Positions 17,727 through 27,641 are shown, counted from the first letter of the stretch. The stretch is DNA of 64,000 nucleotides from an uncultured Micavibrio sp. (GCA_964551435.1 CAZKBS010000001.1:143565-207564); one strand, 5' to 3'. Made by a program: numbers and translations. Notes: generated by a model not told the origin, from the sequence alone.

Positions 17727-18104
17727 ATGACCGCCACAGCGAAACCTTACGACCCCAATAATATCTTCGCCCGTATTCTGCGCGGCGAAATTCCGTGCAA
17801 CAAGGTTTTCGAAAGCGAACATGTGCTGGCTTTCCGCGATATCCATCCGCAGGCGCCGGTGCATGTGCTGGTGATCCCCAAAGGGGCCTATGTCGATATG
17901 GATGATTTCACCGCCCGCGCCAGCGCCGATGAAATCGCCGCCCTGATGCGCGCCACGGGGGAGATTGCCCGCGCCGAGGGAATCGCCCAAAGCGGATACC
18001 GCGTTTTGTCGAATTGCGGCGCGAATGGCGGACAGGAAGTTCCGCATCTGCACCTGCACCTCGTCGGCGGGCGCACGTTGGGCCGCATGCTGCAAAGCCC
18101 CTGA
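17727..18104 (+). CDS. HIT-family (HinT-like) nucleotide hydrolase
   Basis: Motifs HPQAPVHVLVIPK and histidine triad VPHLHLHLVGG. Confidence 0.9.
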   Translation: MTATAKPYDPNNIFARILRGEIPCNKVFESEHVLAFRDIHPQAPVHVLVIPKGAYVDMDDFTARASADEIAALMRATGEIARAEGIAQSGYRVLSNCGANGGQEVPHLHLHLVGGRTLGRMLQSP

Positions 18105-18293
18105 ACGGCCGGAACGCCGGCAGATGACATAATGTTTATCTAAACGCCTGTTTTTATAATCATTTTAAAATGCCGCGCCGCAAAATAAGAAAATATCCAA
18201 ACATCGTATAGAACCTTGTCAAAAGTTGCCCCTCTGCTAGACTAACCGCGGTTTTCCTGCAACAACAGCCAGCCCGCGGGCGGGCGAGGACGC

Positions 18294-19844
18294 ATGGCAG
18301 ACAAACGCCGATTGCAAAAGTCATTCACGCGTGCCGCGACAAAAACGCGCCGCACGCTGGGCGGTGTTTTTCTGGGCGCCGCGCTTCTGAGCGGATGCAG
18401 CAGTACGCCTGCGCGCATGGAAGGTGATATTGAAAGCGCCATCCTCGGCCACAAGCCAGTTGCGGCGACCGCGCTTCAGCAAAACCTCGAAGGCCGCAGC
18501 CTGACGGCCGATACCGAAGCGATTTTCAAACGCAACGTCAAAACCCCCGTCAACGAAAACCTGCCTGAAGACAAGCGCATCCGCGCTTATATCGATCAGC
18601 TGTGTTTCGTGCCGCAAAGTCCGCCCAAGCCTGAACAGGAAGCCGTGCGCGAAGCGCTGCAGGAACTGGCGAAGCTGCCGCTGACAGGCAGACCGCTTGT
18701 GGAACTGGCGATGCGCGAAAACTTGAAATTCTGCAATATTCAGACCATGCCGCTCGGCACCGGCGCGCAATATGTGCCGTCGCTGGGTGCCGTACTGGCG
18801 CCGCCCGAGGGGGAAAAACTGCAACTGCGTCAGACCATCGCGCATGAAATCCTGCACGGCGCACAGGACAAGCACGGGCTTCTGAATTATCAATACACAT
18901 GGGATATTGAAAGCCGCCTGGCGCGCAATCTGTCGATTGAAGCGGCGGCGCTGTCGATGGAAATCCTGATCGCCTTCGAAGCCAAGCAGTTGGGCAATCC
19001 CGCACATTGGGATTACATGCAAAAAAGATACGGCCCGCAAAGCGCCTATGGCGATCCTGCGGTTTACAAAAGCGCCGATGAAACCTGGGCCAAAGCCAAA
19101 GCGGAGGGCAAGGACGATGCCGCCGCGCTGCGCGCTGTGGGCGGCGTTATCTGGAATAAAATGTTCGATAACCGCGCATGGCTGGATTTCTATCTGAATT
19201 TCGAGCTGCAAACATATTTGCGCGACATCACCAGCGGCGCGCTGGATAACCAGACCGAAATTCACGGCAAAGCCTATGCGCAGGCCCTGATCGACAAAGC
19301 CGGCAAAATCGGCAACAGCGAGAGTTTCACCGAAGGCGCGCGCGTGCCCGCCCTCGACAAACTGCTGGAGGGCAATACGGCGATGCGTCAGGCCTATGCC
19401 GCGGCGGATCTGGAACGCCACCGCCGATCTCTCGGCGCGGATCATCCGAAAACGCAGGCGCTGAAACGCGCGGCAGAGGCGGATAACAACCCCTACATCA
19501 CCCTCGACCTTGCCAAGATTGTCGAGAAAAGCCGCGCCCATACCTTTGCCGATGAAAACGGCAAACGCAAATTTTCTTTCCTGCACGAATACATGGATAC
19601 GGCCGTTGGCCGTCCGCGCGTGCAAACGGCCGCGCCCGCCCCGTCGATGCTACCCGCGGCGCACCCGCCTACCCCGCCCGAGGTTAAAGGCACCGAAATC
19701 GCTGCACCCGGCAAGCCCGCCGCAGGGTCTGAACAAACCGAGCCTGAAAAGCCTCAGGACAACCCCGATGTCCCGCGCCCTGTTCCCCCGCGTGATACCT
19801 TGGCGCACATTAAACCCAGCCCCGCCATCGGGCGCGCGGCCTGA
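18294..19844 (+). CDS. Putative lipoprotein with HExxHxxQ metalloprotease-like motif (paralog family member 1)
   Basis: Lipobox GAALLSGC-SS. HEILHGAQD begins at 18843, with IEAAA 28 aa after the second His. Pro-rich C-terminus. Confidence 0.7.
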   Translation: MADKRRLQKSFTRAATKTRRTLGGVFLGAALLSGCSSTPARMEGDIESAILGHKPVAATALQQNLEGRSLTADTEAIFKRNVKTPVNENLPEDKRIRAYIDQLCFVPQSPPKPEQEAVREALQELAKLPLTGRPLVELAMRENLKFCNIQTMPLGTGAQYVPSLGAVLAPPEGEKLQLRQTIAHEILHGAQDKHGLLNYQYTWDIESRLARNLSIEAAALSMEILIAFEAKQLGNPAHWDYMQKRYGPQSAYGDPAVYKSADETWAKAKAEGKDDAAALRAVGGVIWNKMFDNRAWLDFYLNFELQTYLRDITSGALDNQTEIHGKAYAQALIDKAGKIGNSESFTEGARVPALDKLLEGNTAMRQAYAAADLERHRRSLGADHPKTQALKRAAEADNNPYITLDLAKIVEKSRAHTFADENGKRKFSFLHEYMDTAVGRPRVQTAAPAPSMLPAAHPPTPPEVKGTEIAAPGKPAAGSEQTEPEKPQDNPDVPRPVPPRDTLAHIKPSPAIGRAA

Positions 19845-20054
19845 TACTCTTTCGTTAAAAACAGCCTAAAAACAACGGCTTTTCCTTGGCGCCGTCGCAT
19901 CTGAACGCTGTTAAAAAAATAGTCAAAATCATAGCTTTACATATTTTTAAGCCCTGCCGCCTATAATAGGGGAAAAGGAAACGCGGCGAATCCTGCCTGC
20001 GGCCCCCGAGGCCCCACAAGGACACACGCCGCCCGAAAAAGGGTGTGTAGAGAT

Positions 20055-20807
20055 ATGGTTGCTATCGTCGCGGCCTTCGGGCCAGAGGATCTGGACAAGC
20101 AGCAAGACAGACTGAACGCCGCCCTGCTGGAGGCCGCCGCCACCGATGACATCCCCGCCTTTCGCCGCGCCTTTGCCGAGGGGGCGCATATCAACGCCCG
20201 CGGCGAGATAAACGAAACCGCCCTCATCCGCGCCGCACGCGAAGGCCGGTTGATCATGACCGAAATTTTGCTGGGCGCGGGCGCCAGTCTGGATTTGCAG
20301 GACCGCGACGGACGCACGGCATTGTCGCATGCAACGCAGGGCGGATTTACCGAGATTGTATCCATGCTGGTGCGCAGCGGCGCAGACATCACACTGGATG
20401 ATAAAAACGGCGACAAGCCGCTGGATATCGCGCTGCGCAGTGGCAATCCCGCGATGGTCGCCTTGTTCGAACAACCGCTGAAAGATTTGCTGGCGCGTAT
20501 TCCATCCGCCGATTCAGGGCCGCGGCTGCAACACCGCCGCGCCCCCGCCTGCCCGCCCGATCCGCACGGCGATACGATGCTGACCTGGGCCGCACGCGAA
20601 GGTCAGGAAAACGTGGTGCGCGCCATGGTGCAATCGGGCGCCGATGTTTTTGTGCGCAACCGCGCCGGCCGCACGCCACGCGAAGTCGCGGAAGCCGCCG
20701 GTCACCGGCTGGTGGCCTGCATGCTGGAAGACGCCGAAGCGCGGCAGATGTCCGCGCACGGGGCGCAGGCGGAAATACCCGCCGATATACCGGCGCGGCC
20801 TGTTTAA
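20055..20807 (+). CDS. Ankyrin-repeat protein
   Basis: Repeats include NETALIRAAREGRLIMTEILLGAGASLDLQD, GRTALSHATQGGFTEIVSMLVRSGADI, GDKPLDIALRSGNPAMV and GDTMLTWAAREGQENVVRAMVQSGADV. The ORF track opens at GTG 20043; the first ATG is 20055. Confidence 0.85.
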   Translation: MVAIVAAFGPEDLDKQQDRLNAALLEAAATDDIPAFRRAFAEGAHINARGEINETALIRAAREGRLIMTEILLGAGASLDLQDRDGRTALSHATQGGFTEIVSMLVRSGADITLDDKNGDKPLDIALRSGNPAMVALFEQPLKDLLARIPSADSGPRLQHRRAPACPPDPHGDTMLTWAAREGQENVVRAMVQSGADVFVRNRAGRTPREVAEAAGHRLVACMLEDAEARQMSAHGAQAEIPADIPARPV

Positions 20808-20834
20808 ATATTTGATGTCTGCATCACAGTAACG

Positions 20835-20868
20835 CCGCCCGCCGCACAAGGCGGGCGGTGTTTTTTTT
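20835..20868. terminator. Intrinsic terminator between convergent genes
   Basis: CCGCCCGCC, loop GCACAA, GGCGGGCGG, followed by TGTTTTTTTT. Confidence 0.8.
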
Positions 20869-21631
20869 AAGGACGCGGGCCGCCGGATTTGCGCTGCGGC
20901 GCGGCGGGTTTCGCATCGTTCGCAGGCGCGCGTCCGAAACGCGTCACAACGTCATCGACCGCCGCCGTAATACTGGGGGCGGCACGGGCGCCTTCGGGCA
21001 GGGTCTGCCCCGCCATTTCGCGGCCATGCCAGTTGAGCGCCGCCACATGAATGGCTTCCATGCCGTTTTTGCGCGCGGGGATAATGTCTGATTTCAGACT
21101 GTCGCCGATCATCACGGCGTCTTCACCCTTCAGGCCCGTTTTGGCCAGCGCGGCCGCATAGACGCCCGCGTTTTTATCCTCGACCACAAAAACGTCGCGG
21201 AAAAGATGGCGGAACGGCAGCGCGGCAACGCGCGCGTTTTGCACATCCGGATCGCCCACGGTAATCAGATAGGCATCAAGGCCCGCGGCAACGACTTTGG
21301 CCAGCGCTTCGGGTGCGCCGGGTTTGATTTTCGCTTCGGTCGCATAGACGTTATAGGCCATATCGCGCGCATGTTTAATCTCGCCGGCATCGGCATCGGG
21401 CACGTATTCCTTGAGCACGTCTTCGTAAGCCTGCGGCAGAAGTTCCTTGCCGTAGCCGAAGCGGTCGAAAATTTCGATCTGGCGGGCACGCAGGCGCTCG
21501 ACGATATCCTGCGGATTGTCATGCACGCCGCAGCTGAGCATGAAATCGGCGAAACGGTTTTCGGCATCAATATAGATTTGCTGGGTTTCGATCAGCGTAT
21601 TATCCATGTCGAAAAAAACGGCTTTGACCAC
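20867..21631 (-). CDS. HAD-superfamily hydrolase with added basic C-terminal tail
   Basis: Motif I is FFDMDNTL (DxDxT). GDSLKSDI resembles motif IV. Tail is APANDAKPAAPQRKSGGPRP. Confidence 0.8.
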   Translation of the reverse strand: MVKAVFFDMDNTLIETQQIYIDAENRFADFMLSCGVHDNPQDIVERLRARQIEIFDRFGYGKELLPQAYEDVLKEYVPDADAGEIKHARDMAYNVYATEAKIKPGAPEALAKVVAAGLDAYLITVGDPDVQNARVAALPFRHLFRDVFVVEDKNAGVYAAALAKTGLKGEDAVMIGDSLKSDIIPARKNGMEAIHVAALNWHGREMAGQTLPEGARAAPSITAAVDDVVTRFGRAPANDAKPAAPQRKSGGPRP

Positions 21632-21825
21632 GCGCGGTGTCTCCTGCTTGTCGTTGTTCTTGCCTTGATGTCGTATGCCGCGAGTCTATCGGTTTTTGCG
21701 CGTCATGCAAGGGGGACTAACGCCGTCCAGATTAAGCAATTTCAGGTGTTTATTTTTGCTGCATTGCCATATTGTTGCAAGCCGCGCCCAATCCCGCTAC
21801 TCTGGCGGCGAAAGGATGCACGGAT

Positions 21826-22449
21826 ATGAGCTGGATGAGACACCGCTTCGCCGCACGTGGCAAACCGACGCCGCCGCCAGAGCGTGAAAACGGCATCGTC
21901 ATGGCCATTTCAAATGGCGACCGTCACTGGCTTGGCAGCCTGCTGCAAAGCGGGGCCGACGTGAATGCGCCGCATCGCGGCACGCTGCCGCTGCATTTCG
22001 CCGCGCGGCGCGGGGAATTCGATATTGTGGATATGCTGATTGCCCGCGGCGCCGACATCGACGCGCGGAACGAACGGGGGCGCACCGCGCTTATGGATGC
22101 CGCGCTGAAAAAAGACGCCGCGATGCTGTCAGGACTGCTGGCGCGCGGCGCGGATGTGCATCAAAAAGATTATAATGGCCGGACCGCGTTGCATCATGCG
22201 GCGCAGATCGGCGCCTTTGATATCGCCGCCGCGCTGGTTATCGCAGGTGCGGATGCGGATGCGGAAGACTACAGCCGCCAGACACCCCGCGCGCTGATAA
22301 AGGCCGCCGGGCGCCACGCCGAAACAACGCTGGAAAATGCCGAAAAACAGCATGAACAAATGGTATCGCAGAAAACGGCAGAACTGGGACGCAGCCTCTG
22401 TGTCATGAAACCCGCCGCTGTACGTTCACGCATTTCACCACGCAGATAG
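21826..22449 (+). CDS. Ankyrin-repeat protein
   Basis: Repeats include TLPLHFAARRGEFDIVDMLIARGADIDARN, GRTALMDAALKKDAAMLSGLLARGADVHQKD and GRTALHHAAQIGAFDIAAALVIAGADADAED. ATG at 21826 is preceded by AAGGA (ORF opens at 21772). Confidence 0.85.
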   Translation: MSWMRHRFAARGKPTPPPERENGIVMAISNGDRHWLGSLLQSGADVNAPHRGTLPLHFAARRGEFDIVDMLIARGADIDARNERGRTALMDAALKKDAAMLSGLLARGADVHQKDYNGRTALHHAAQIGAFDIAAALVIAGADADAEDYSRQTPRALIKAAGRHAETTLENAEKQHEQMVSQKTAELGRSLCVMKPAAVRSRISPRR

Positions 22450-22492
22450 CGCGGCCATCACGCATAAAAATCCGGCAAACGCCGGGTGGATA

Positions 22493-22990
22493 TCAGGAAG
22501 CGGAGCGCGCAGCCGCGCGGTCATTTGCATTGGCCGCTTTGGCGCGCGTTTGCTGTTTACGCGTCTGCCATGCCGCGAAGGTCATGAGCGCGTGTTCTTC
22601 GCCAAAGCGCAGGGCCTGCATTTCAAGCCACACGCGCAGATAGGGATTGGTCGGCGCCGGATCGATTTTATAAATCGGATACACGCCGCCGAGATTGATC
22701 TCTGCCAGAAACGGCAGCTGTTCTTCGATGCAGGTTTTGACGGTTTCGACATTCGCGCGGGTTTGCGCGGCGTCGGCTTCGCTGCCCATCACAAAAGCAA
22801 CAAGGCGGTGCAGCGCGGCGGAGCCTTCCTGCGCGAGCATCAAGCCCGTGGTCAGCGAAATGATATCGTTGAGATGAAAAAATTTCTGTGCGGCATCGTC
22901 GCTGCTGCTTTGCAGCATGTCGTGGTCGTTTTGCAGCGCGGCGGCAGCATCGGCCGCTTCATAAGTATCATAGGTCATGATAGCACCCAT
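22493..22990 (-). CDS. Hypothetical protein
   Basis: Coding-like bias, no recognised motif. Start could be 22978. Confidence 0.5.
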   Translation of the reverse strand: MGAIMTYDTYEAADAAAALQNDHDMLQSSSDDAAQKFFHLNDIISLTTGLMLAQEGSAALHRLVAFVMGSEADAAQTRANVETVKTCIEEQLPFLAEINLGGVYPIYKIDPAPTNPYLRVWLEMQALRFGEEHALMTFAAWQTRKQQTRAKAANANDRAAARSAS

Positions 22991-23267
22991 TCACTTGGCC
23001 ACCGTGGCGGCCTGTTACGGCGACAGGGATGTGACGCCGTTCAGATCTTTCAGGTGCATGATTTAAAACATTTTTTGCACAAAGCGTCGAGCAAAATTGC
23101 CTGAAAGAGTGGGTTGATATTGCCGTCCGTTTTTCCTTATGTCAATTAAATTGTCGCAGCGCGCAAAAAACAAAAGATTTATCAAATGCTTCGCCCGCAG
23201 CGCCTGTGCGCCGCCGGGTAACGGGATATCGGAAACCGGAAAATAAAACTGCCGCCTGAGTCGAAAA

Positions 23268-24797
23268 TCAGGGGTTCGGGCCGCCGCGTTTGGGCGGTTT
23301 CGCTTTGGCGTCGGCGGCGTTGTCTTCCGCGCCGCCCGCGGCATCATTCGCGGGCGGTTTCAGCGTACCGCCTGGCAGGGACGGTTTGGCGAAATCACGC
23401 GCGGAGGGCAGGCGCAACACTTTGACGCGCGGCTTGTCGAGCGTGCCGGTATCCTCTTTTTCTTTTGCCGCTGCATCGCGCACACGCATCAGTTCGGGAT
23501 TCAGCGGCAGCTGTTTTTGATAACGGCCACCGGCCACAATCAAACGCTGCACCACGGGGCTTTCGCGGTCGCCTTTTTCGGCAAGGCGGTCAAGCACCGT
23601 CCAGCCGCGTTCGTCGGTGAGGTCGGGATTGGCGCCGCGGTCGAGCAAAAGGTCGAGCACGTCCATATCTTTTTTCTCGATCGCGATATGCAGCGGCGCG
23701 TGACCTTTGGCGTCGCGGATATCCGGGTTCGCGTTGCGGTCGAGCAGAGTCTTGAGCATATCCACCCGGCCTGTCGCGGCCGCGAAATGCAGCAGGGTGC
23801 GACCCGCGCGGTCCTGCGCATCCGGATCGGCGCCGCGGATGAGCATGATGCGCACCACGCTATCAAGGCTGTTCGACTGCATGACCCAGTGGCGGCCATG
23901 CACGCAGTCGCACAGTTCGCCCAGAGGCGTGACGCCGGCGTTGTTTTTTTCCTGCAAAAGTTCCGGCGCGCGGTCGAGCACGCGCGCGAGCATGAACACG
24001 CTTTGTGTCCGCGCCAGCACATGCAGAACGTTATTGCCGTTATTGTCTTTTTGCATCAGATCGGCGCGGTCGATCACCGACGCGAAGGCGTCGTGCTTGT
24101 CAAGGCGCGCGGCGAGATGCAGCAGGTTTTCACCCTTGTCGTTGACAGCGCAGACATCGGCGGCAGCGCTGAGCATCTGCTGTACGACCTGCGGATATTT
24201 CTGCAGCTTTTCATCGTCGATCATATACATGAAGGGCGATTTGCCCGCATCATCGCGGATATTCGGATCCGCGTTGTTGCGCAGCAGACGCTCGACCATC
24301 AGCGGTTTGTCGAGGAAATGATGCAGCGGCGTCTTGCCGTCATCATCGCGGATATTGGGATTGGCCCCGTAGCTGACGAAAACGTCAATCAACGTCGGGC
24401 GGGCAGTGCCCAGTTTATGCAGCGGCGTCTTACCGTCCTCGTCGCGCAGGTTGGGGTCTGCCCCGAGCTTCAGCAGCATCTGCACGAAACTGTCCTGATT
24501 TTGCGCGGCGGCATGGTGCAGCGGCGTGCGGCCCATGGCGTCTTTGAGATTGATATCCGCCCCCGCCTGCACCAGCGCGAGCGCGATGCCATGACGGTCT
24601 TTATCGAGGGCGAGATGCAGCGGCGGATAAATCATCGCGCCGCGGAAATTGACATCGGCACCCGCCTTGATGAGGGCAACCACCCCCGCCAGATCACCGC
24701 GCATGACGGCGCGCTGAAGACGCGTGAATCCGTTTTCGTCGACCTTGTTGGGGTCTCCCTTGAAAAAACCGGCCATCGCGTTAAAAAAGTTTTTCAA
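23268..24797 (-). CDS. Large ankyrin-repeat protein (about 12 repeats) with basic tail
   Basis: Many canonical repeats (G.TPLH.A...G......LL..GA(D/N)P(N/D)). Tail is KPPANDAAGGAEDNAADAKAKPPKRGGPNP. Confidence 0.9.
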   Translation of the reverse strand: MKNFFNAMAGFFKGDPNKVDENGFTRLQRAVMRGDLAGVVALIKAGADVNFRGAMIYPPLHLALDKDRHGIALALVQAGADINLKDAMGRTPLHHAAAQNQDSFVQMLLKLGADPNLRDEDGKTPLHKLGTARPTLIDVFVSYGANPNIRDDDGKTPLHHFLDKPLMVERLLRNNADPNIRDDAGKSPFMYMIDDEKLQKYPQVVQQMLSAAADVCAVNDKGENLLHLAARLDKHDAFASVIDRADLMQKDNNGNNVLHVLARTQSVFMLARVLDRAPELLQEKNNAGVTPLGELCDCVHGRHWVMQSNSLDSVVRIMLIRGADPDAQDRAGRTLLHFAAATGRVDMLKTLLDRNANPDIRDAKGHAPLHIAIEKKDMDVLDLLLDRGANPDLTDERGWTVLDRLAEKGDRESPVVQRLIVAGGRYQKQLPLNPELMRVRDAAAKEKEDTGTLDKPRVKVLRLPSARDFAKPSLPGGTLKPPANDAAGGAEDNAADAKAKPPKRGGPNP

Positions 24798-25185
24798 TTC
24801 GGCTGTCCCGTGTCGACCGTCCCACCCCTGTCGGGCGGGCTGGCGGATGATGCAAAAAATTGCTTACGGTGAAAAAAATTAGCATGATGTGGAAAGCGAG
24901 TCCATGCCGCATCGTAAGCCTGAATTAAAAATACCTCCAAAAACGAAATAATATTACAATTAACGGCGTTTAGTTATAACATCCCGCCGCAAAATGTTGC
25001 CAGAAGATTGTTATTAAATGATTTTTTGACTTGCGCCGTCATACCCCCCTCGGTGACAATAGCTTGTAGACGGTCTGGGGAAATAAACATTGTCATGTTT
25101 ACTCAGGTGCCGCCGCGCCACGCGGCTGGCCTTGTTCCCTATCCGTCCTGCTGCTGTCGTTCCCGTTTTCATTCCTTGCCACTTT

Positions 25186-26697
25186 ATGTCTATGTCCCGC
25201 ATGCGCACCAAACCAACCCTGACTTCCGCCCTCTGCGCCGCCGCGGCTATCGCGGTGAGCCTTGGCTGGGCGTTTCCGGCGGCCATCGCGCGGGCCAATC
25301 CGGTGGAGATGACCTTGCCGCTGGAAGAACACAGCGGCGCGTCCGGCGAGGAACATCGCAACACCACCCCCGCGCGCCCCGCGATGGATGATGAGGCGCA
25401 GCGCATCTATAAAAAATACGGCGGCGCGCTGTACCAGATTCAGGTCATTGATATCGTGACCGAGAAAAAAACATCCATCGGCTCCGGTTTTCAATTCACC
25501 GCCGACGGCAAGGTGGCGACGAATTACCACGTCATCGCCGATGCGCTGCAGCGCCCCGATGCCAACCGCCTTGAATTCGTGCATGACCATTACGGCACGG
25601 GCAAATTGAAACTGCTGATCGCCGACGTGCGCCACGATCTTGCGATTTTGCAACTGGAACAGCCGCATGCTGAATATGTCGAGCTGGGCAAATCCGACCT
25701 GCCGAAGGGTGTGCGGCTTTATTCGCTGGGCAACCCGCATGACATCGGCTTCACGATTGTCGAGGGCACGTATAACGGCGTCTCGCGCGACAGTTTTATC
25801 GAAAAAATCCACTTCTCCGGCGCGGTCAATCCGGGCATGAGCGGCGGGCCGGTGCTGGGCCACGACGGCAAGGTTGCGGGCATCAACGTCATGACGGCGG
25901 GCAACCAGATCGGCTTTCTGGTGCCGGTGGAACCGCTGAAGGCGCTGGCCGATGAATACGCCGCGCAGGACGCCAGCTTCAACTTCACCAAAGACGCCGC
26001 AAAGCTGGTCGAGGCGCAACTGGTCGCCGCACAGGACGCCGCGCAAGAACGCCTGATGAACGGCGACTGGAACGCCGCCCCCTTTGGCCGCGTCAGCGTG
26101 CCGGGGCGTATCGATACCGCATTCAAATGCTGGGCCGCGCAGCGCCACACGGAAAAAAGCCCCTATACGCATTACCGCACCACCTGTTCGACCGAGGATA
26201 GCCTTTACCTCGATGAAGGGTTTACCACCGGCAGCTATGTTTACAGCTATGACCTCATCCGCGCGCGCAAGGGCTTTGGCAGCCTGCGGTTCTACAATCT
26301 CTATGAACAGCTCTATACGACGCCCGAAAGCAGTTTTTTCAGCATGAACGTGCAGGAAAAAGACGCCGAGAATTTCGCCTGCCAGAACCGTTTCGTCACC
26401 CATGGCGGGCAGCGATGGAAAGCCTCGTTCTGCGCACGGCAATATAAACGCTATCCCGCGCTCTTTGATACCATGCTTTACATGGCGCAGCTGGGACAAA
26501 GCCGCGAAGGGCTCATCGTCTCCCTCGGCGCGCAAGGCATCACCAAAGATAACGCACTGCAACTGACGCAGCGCTTCATGCAAAGCCTGACGCCTGTGCC
26601 CGTGCCGGAAGATACACCCGCCCTGCCCATCGGCATCGAGGATGCCGGAGAAGCCCGGCCGTCAAAAGACGATACGCCGAAGGGGAATGCGCCATGA
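25186..26697 (+). CDS. Secreted trypsin-like (S1/DegP-like, no PDZ) serine protease with extra C-terminal domain
   Basis: Signal-like N-terminus is MSMSRMRTKPTLTSALCAAAAIAVSLGWAFPAAIARA. Catalytic triad context is TNYHVIAD, HDLAIL, GMSGGPV. A C-terminal region of about 250 aa is unassigned. Confidence 0.8.
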   Translation: MSMSRMRTKPTLTSALCAAAAIAVSLGWAFPAAIARANPVEMTLPLEEHSGASGEEHRNTTPARPAMDDEAQRIYKKYGGALYQIQVIDIVTEKKTSIGSGFQFTADGKVATNYHVIADALQRPDANRLEFVHDHYGTGKLKLLIADVRHDLAILQLEQPHAEYVELGKSDLPKGVRLYSLGNPHDIGFTIVEGTYNGVSRDSFIEKIHFSGAVNPGMSGGPVLGHDGKVAGINVMTAGNQIGFLVPVEPLKALADEYAAQDASFNFTKDAAKLVEAQLVAAQDAAQERLMNGDWNAAPFGRVSVPGRIDTAFKCWAAQRHTEKSPYTHYRTTCSTEDSLYLDEGFTTGSYVYSYDLIRARKGFGSLRFYNLYEQLYTTPESSFFSMNVQEKDAENFACQNRFVTHGGQRWKASFCARQYKRYPALFDTMLYMAQLGQSREGLIVSLGAQGITKDNALQLTQRFMQSLTPVPVPEDTPALPIGIEDAGEARPSKDDTPKGNAP

Positions 26698-27641
26698 AAC
26701 TGGTCATCCGCATCGGTGATTACGGCGGTGATGATATCGTCACCTATCATACGGCAGAGAAATTTCCGCTGACGCTGGGCCGCGGCTATGCGAACGATAT
26801 TATTTTACACGACCCGCATGTTTCGGCGCGTCATGCCGAAATCGTACATGACGGCACGGGCTGGGTGCTGTTCGACATCGGACAGGAAAACGCGATCCAT
26901 CACAATGGCGCGCCGCTGCATAACCGCCAGATGCGTCTGAAATCAGGCGACGAGTTTATGCTGGGACTGACGCCTGTCGCTGTTTTCGACCCGCACCATC
27001 CCGTCATCGCGGCGGAAAAGGTTGAACATACGCATCCCGTCATCGCGCATCTGTCATCGGGTATCATGCCGTGGGTATATTTCCTGCTGGCTATTCTTTT
27101 CACGGTGCTGAGCGATTACATCGAATACTGGTCTGAAAATACCGCCGCGCAAATGACCAAGGCCGCCGGCGGCGCCGCGCTCTGCCTGCTGCTGTGGGCC
27201 GTGCCCTGGGCCGTCACGGGGCGGCTGTCGCGTCACCGTTCTGCCTATGTCGCGCATGTTGCGCTTGCGAGTGTTTTTCTGCTCATCTCGCTGCCTGTCT
27301 GGGCGCTGCTGGATCTGACGGCGTTTCTGACCAGTGAAAATTTGTTTTCGGATGCGCTGTTCATTATGGGCAACGCCGCCATTCTGGGCGGGCTTGTCTA
27401 TGCCAGCCTTGGCGTGGCGACGCATATGACGGCGCGGCGCCGCGCTTTCGCCTCCGGCTTTTTCACGGCGGGGCTGATGGCGGTGATTGTCGGCTTCTCG
27501 TATCTCGACCAGATGAATTTCTATCCGCAGCCGGTCTATAGCACGATCATCGAGCCTTATTTGCAAAACCTGCCGCCCGCGCGCGATATCGACGGTTTCA
27601 TGGCAGAGGCAGAAACACTCTTCGCGGGCAATAAAAATTAA
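26694..27641 (+). CDS. FHA-domain protein with C-terminal multi-pass membrane region
   Basis: ATGA overlap with the protease stop. FHA signature is LGRGYANDIILHDPHVSARHAEIVHDGTGWVLFDIGQENAIHHNG. About 5-6 hydrophobic helices follow. Confidence 0.8.
   Translation: MKLVIRIGDYGGDDIVTYHTAEKFPLTLGRGYANDIILHDPHVSARHAEIVHDGTGWVLFDIGQENAIHHNGAPLHNRQMRLKSGDEFMLGLTPVAVFDPHHPVIAAEKVEHTHPVIAHLSSGIMPWVYFLLAILFTVLSDYIEYWSENTAAQMTKAAGGAALCLLLWAVPWAVTGRLSRHRSAYVAHVALASVFLLISLPVWALLDLTAFLTSENLFSDALFIMGNAAILGGLVYASLGVATHMTARRRAFASGFFTAGLMAVIVGFSYLDQMNFYPQPVYSTIIEPYLQNLPPARDIDGFMAEAETLFAGNKN

Noticed and set aside
18321-19625. 434-aa minus-strand ORF antisense to the lipoprotein/HExxH gene
   Set aside because: Shadow ORF. 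The plus strand has a lipobox and a conserved HExxH block shared with two paralogs.
23517-24872. 451-aa plus-strand ORF antisense to the 509-aa ankyrin gene
   Set aside because: Shadow ORF. The minus strand gives about 12 canonical ANK repeats.
25099-26583. 494-aa minus-strand ORF antisense to the serine protease
   Set aside because: Shadow ORF. The plus strand carries a His/Asp/Ser triad in the correct order and context.
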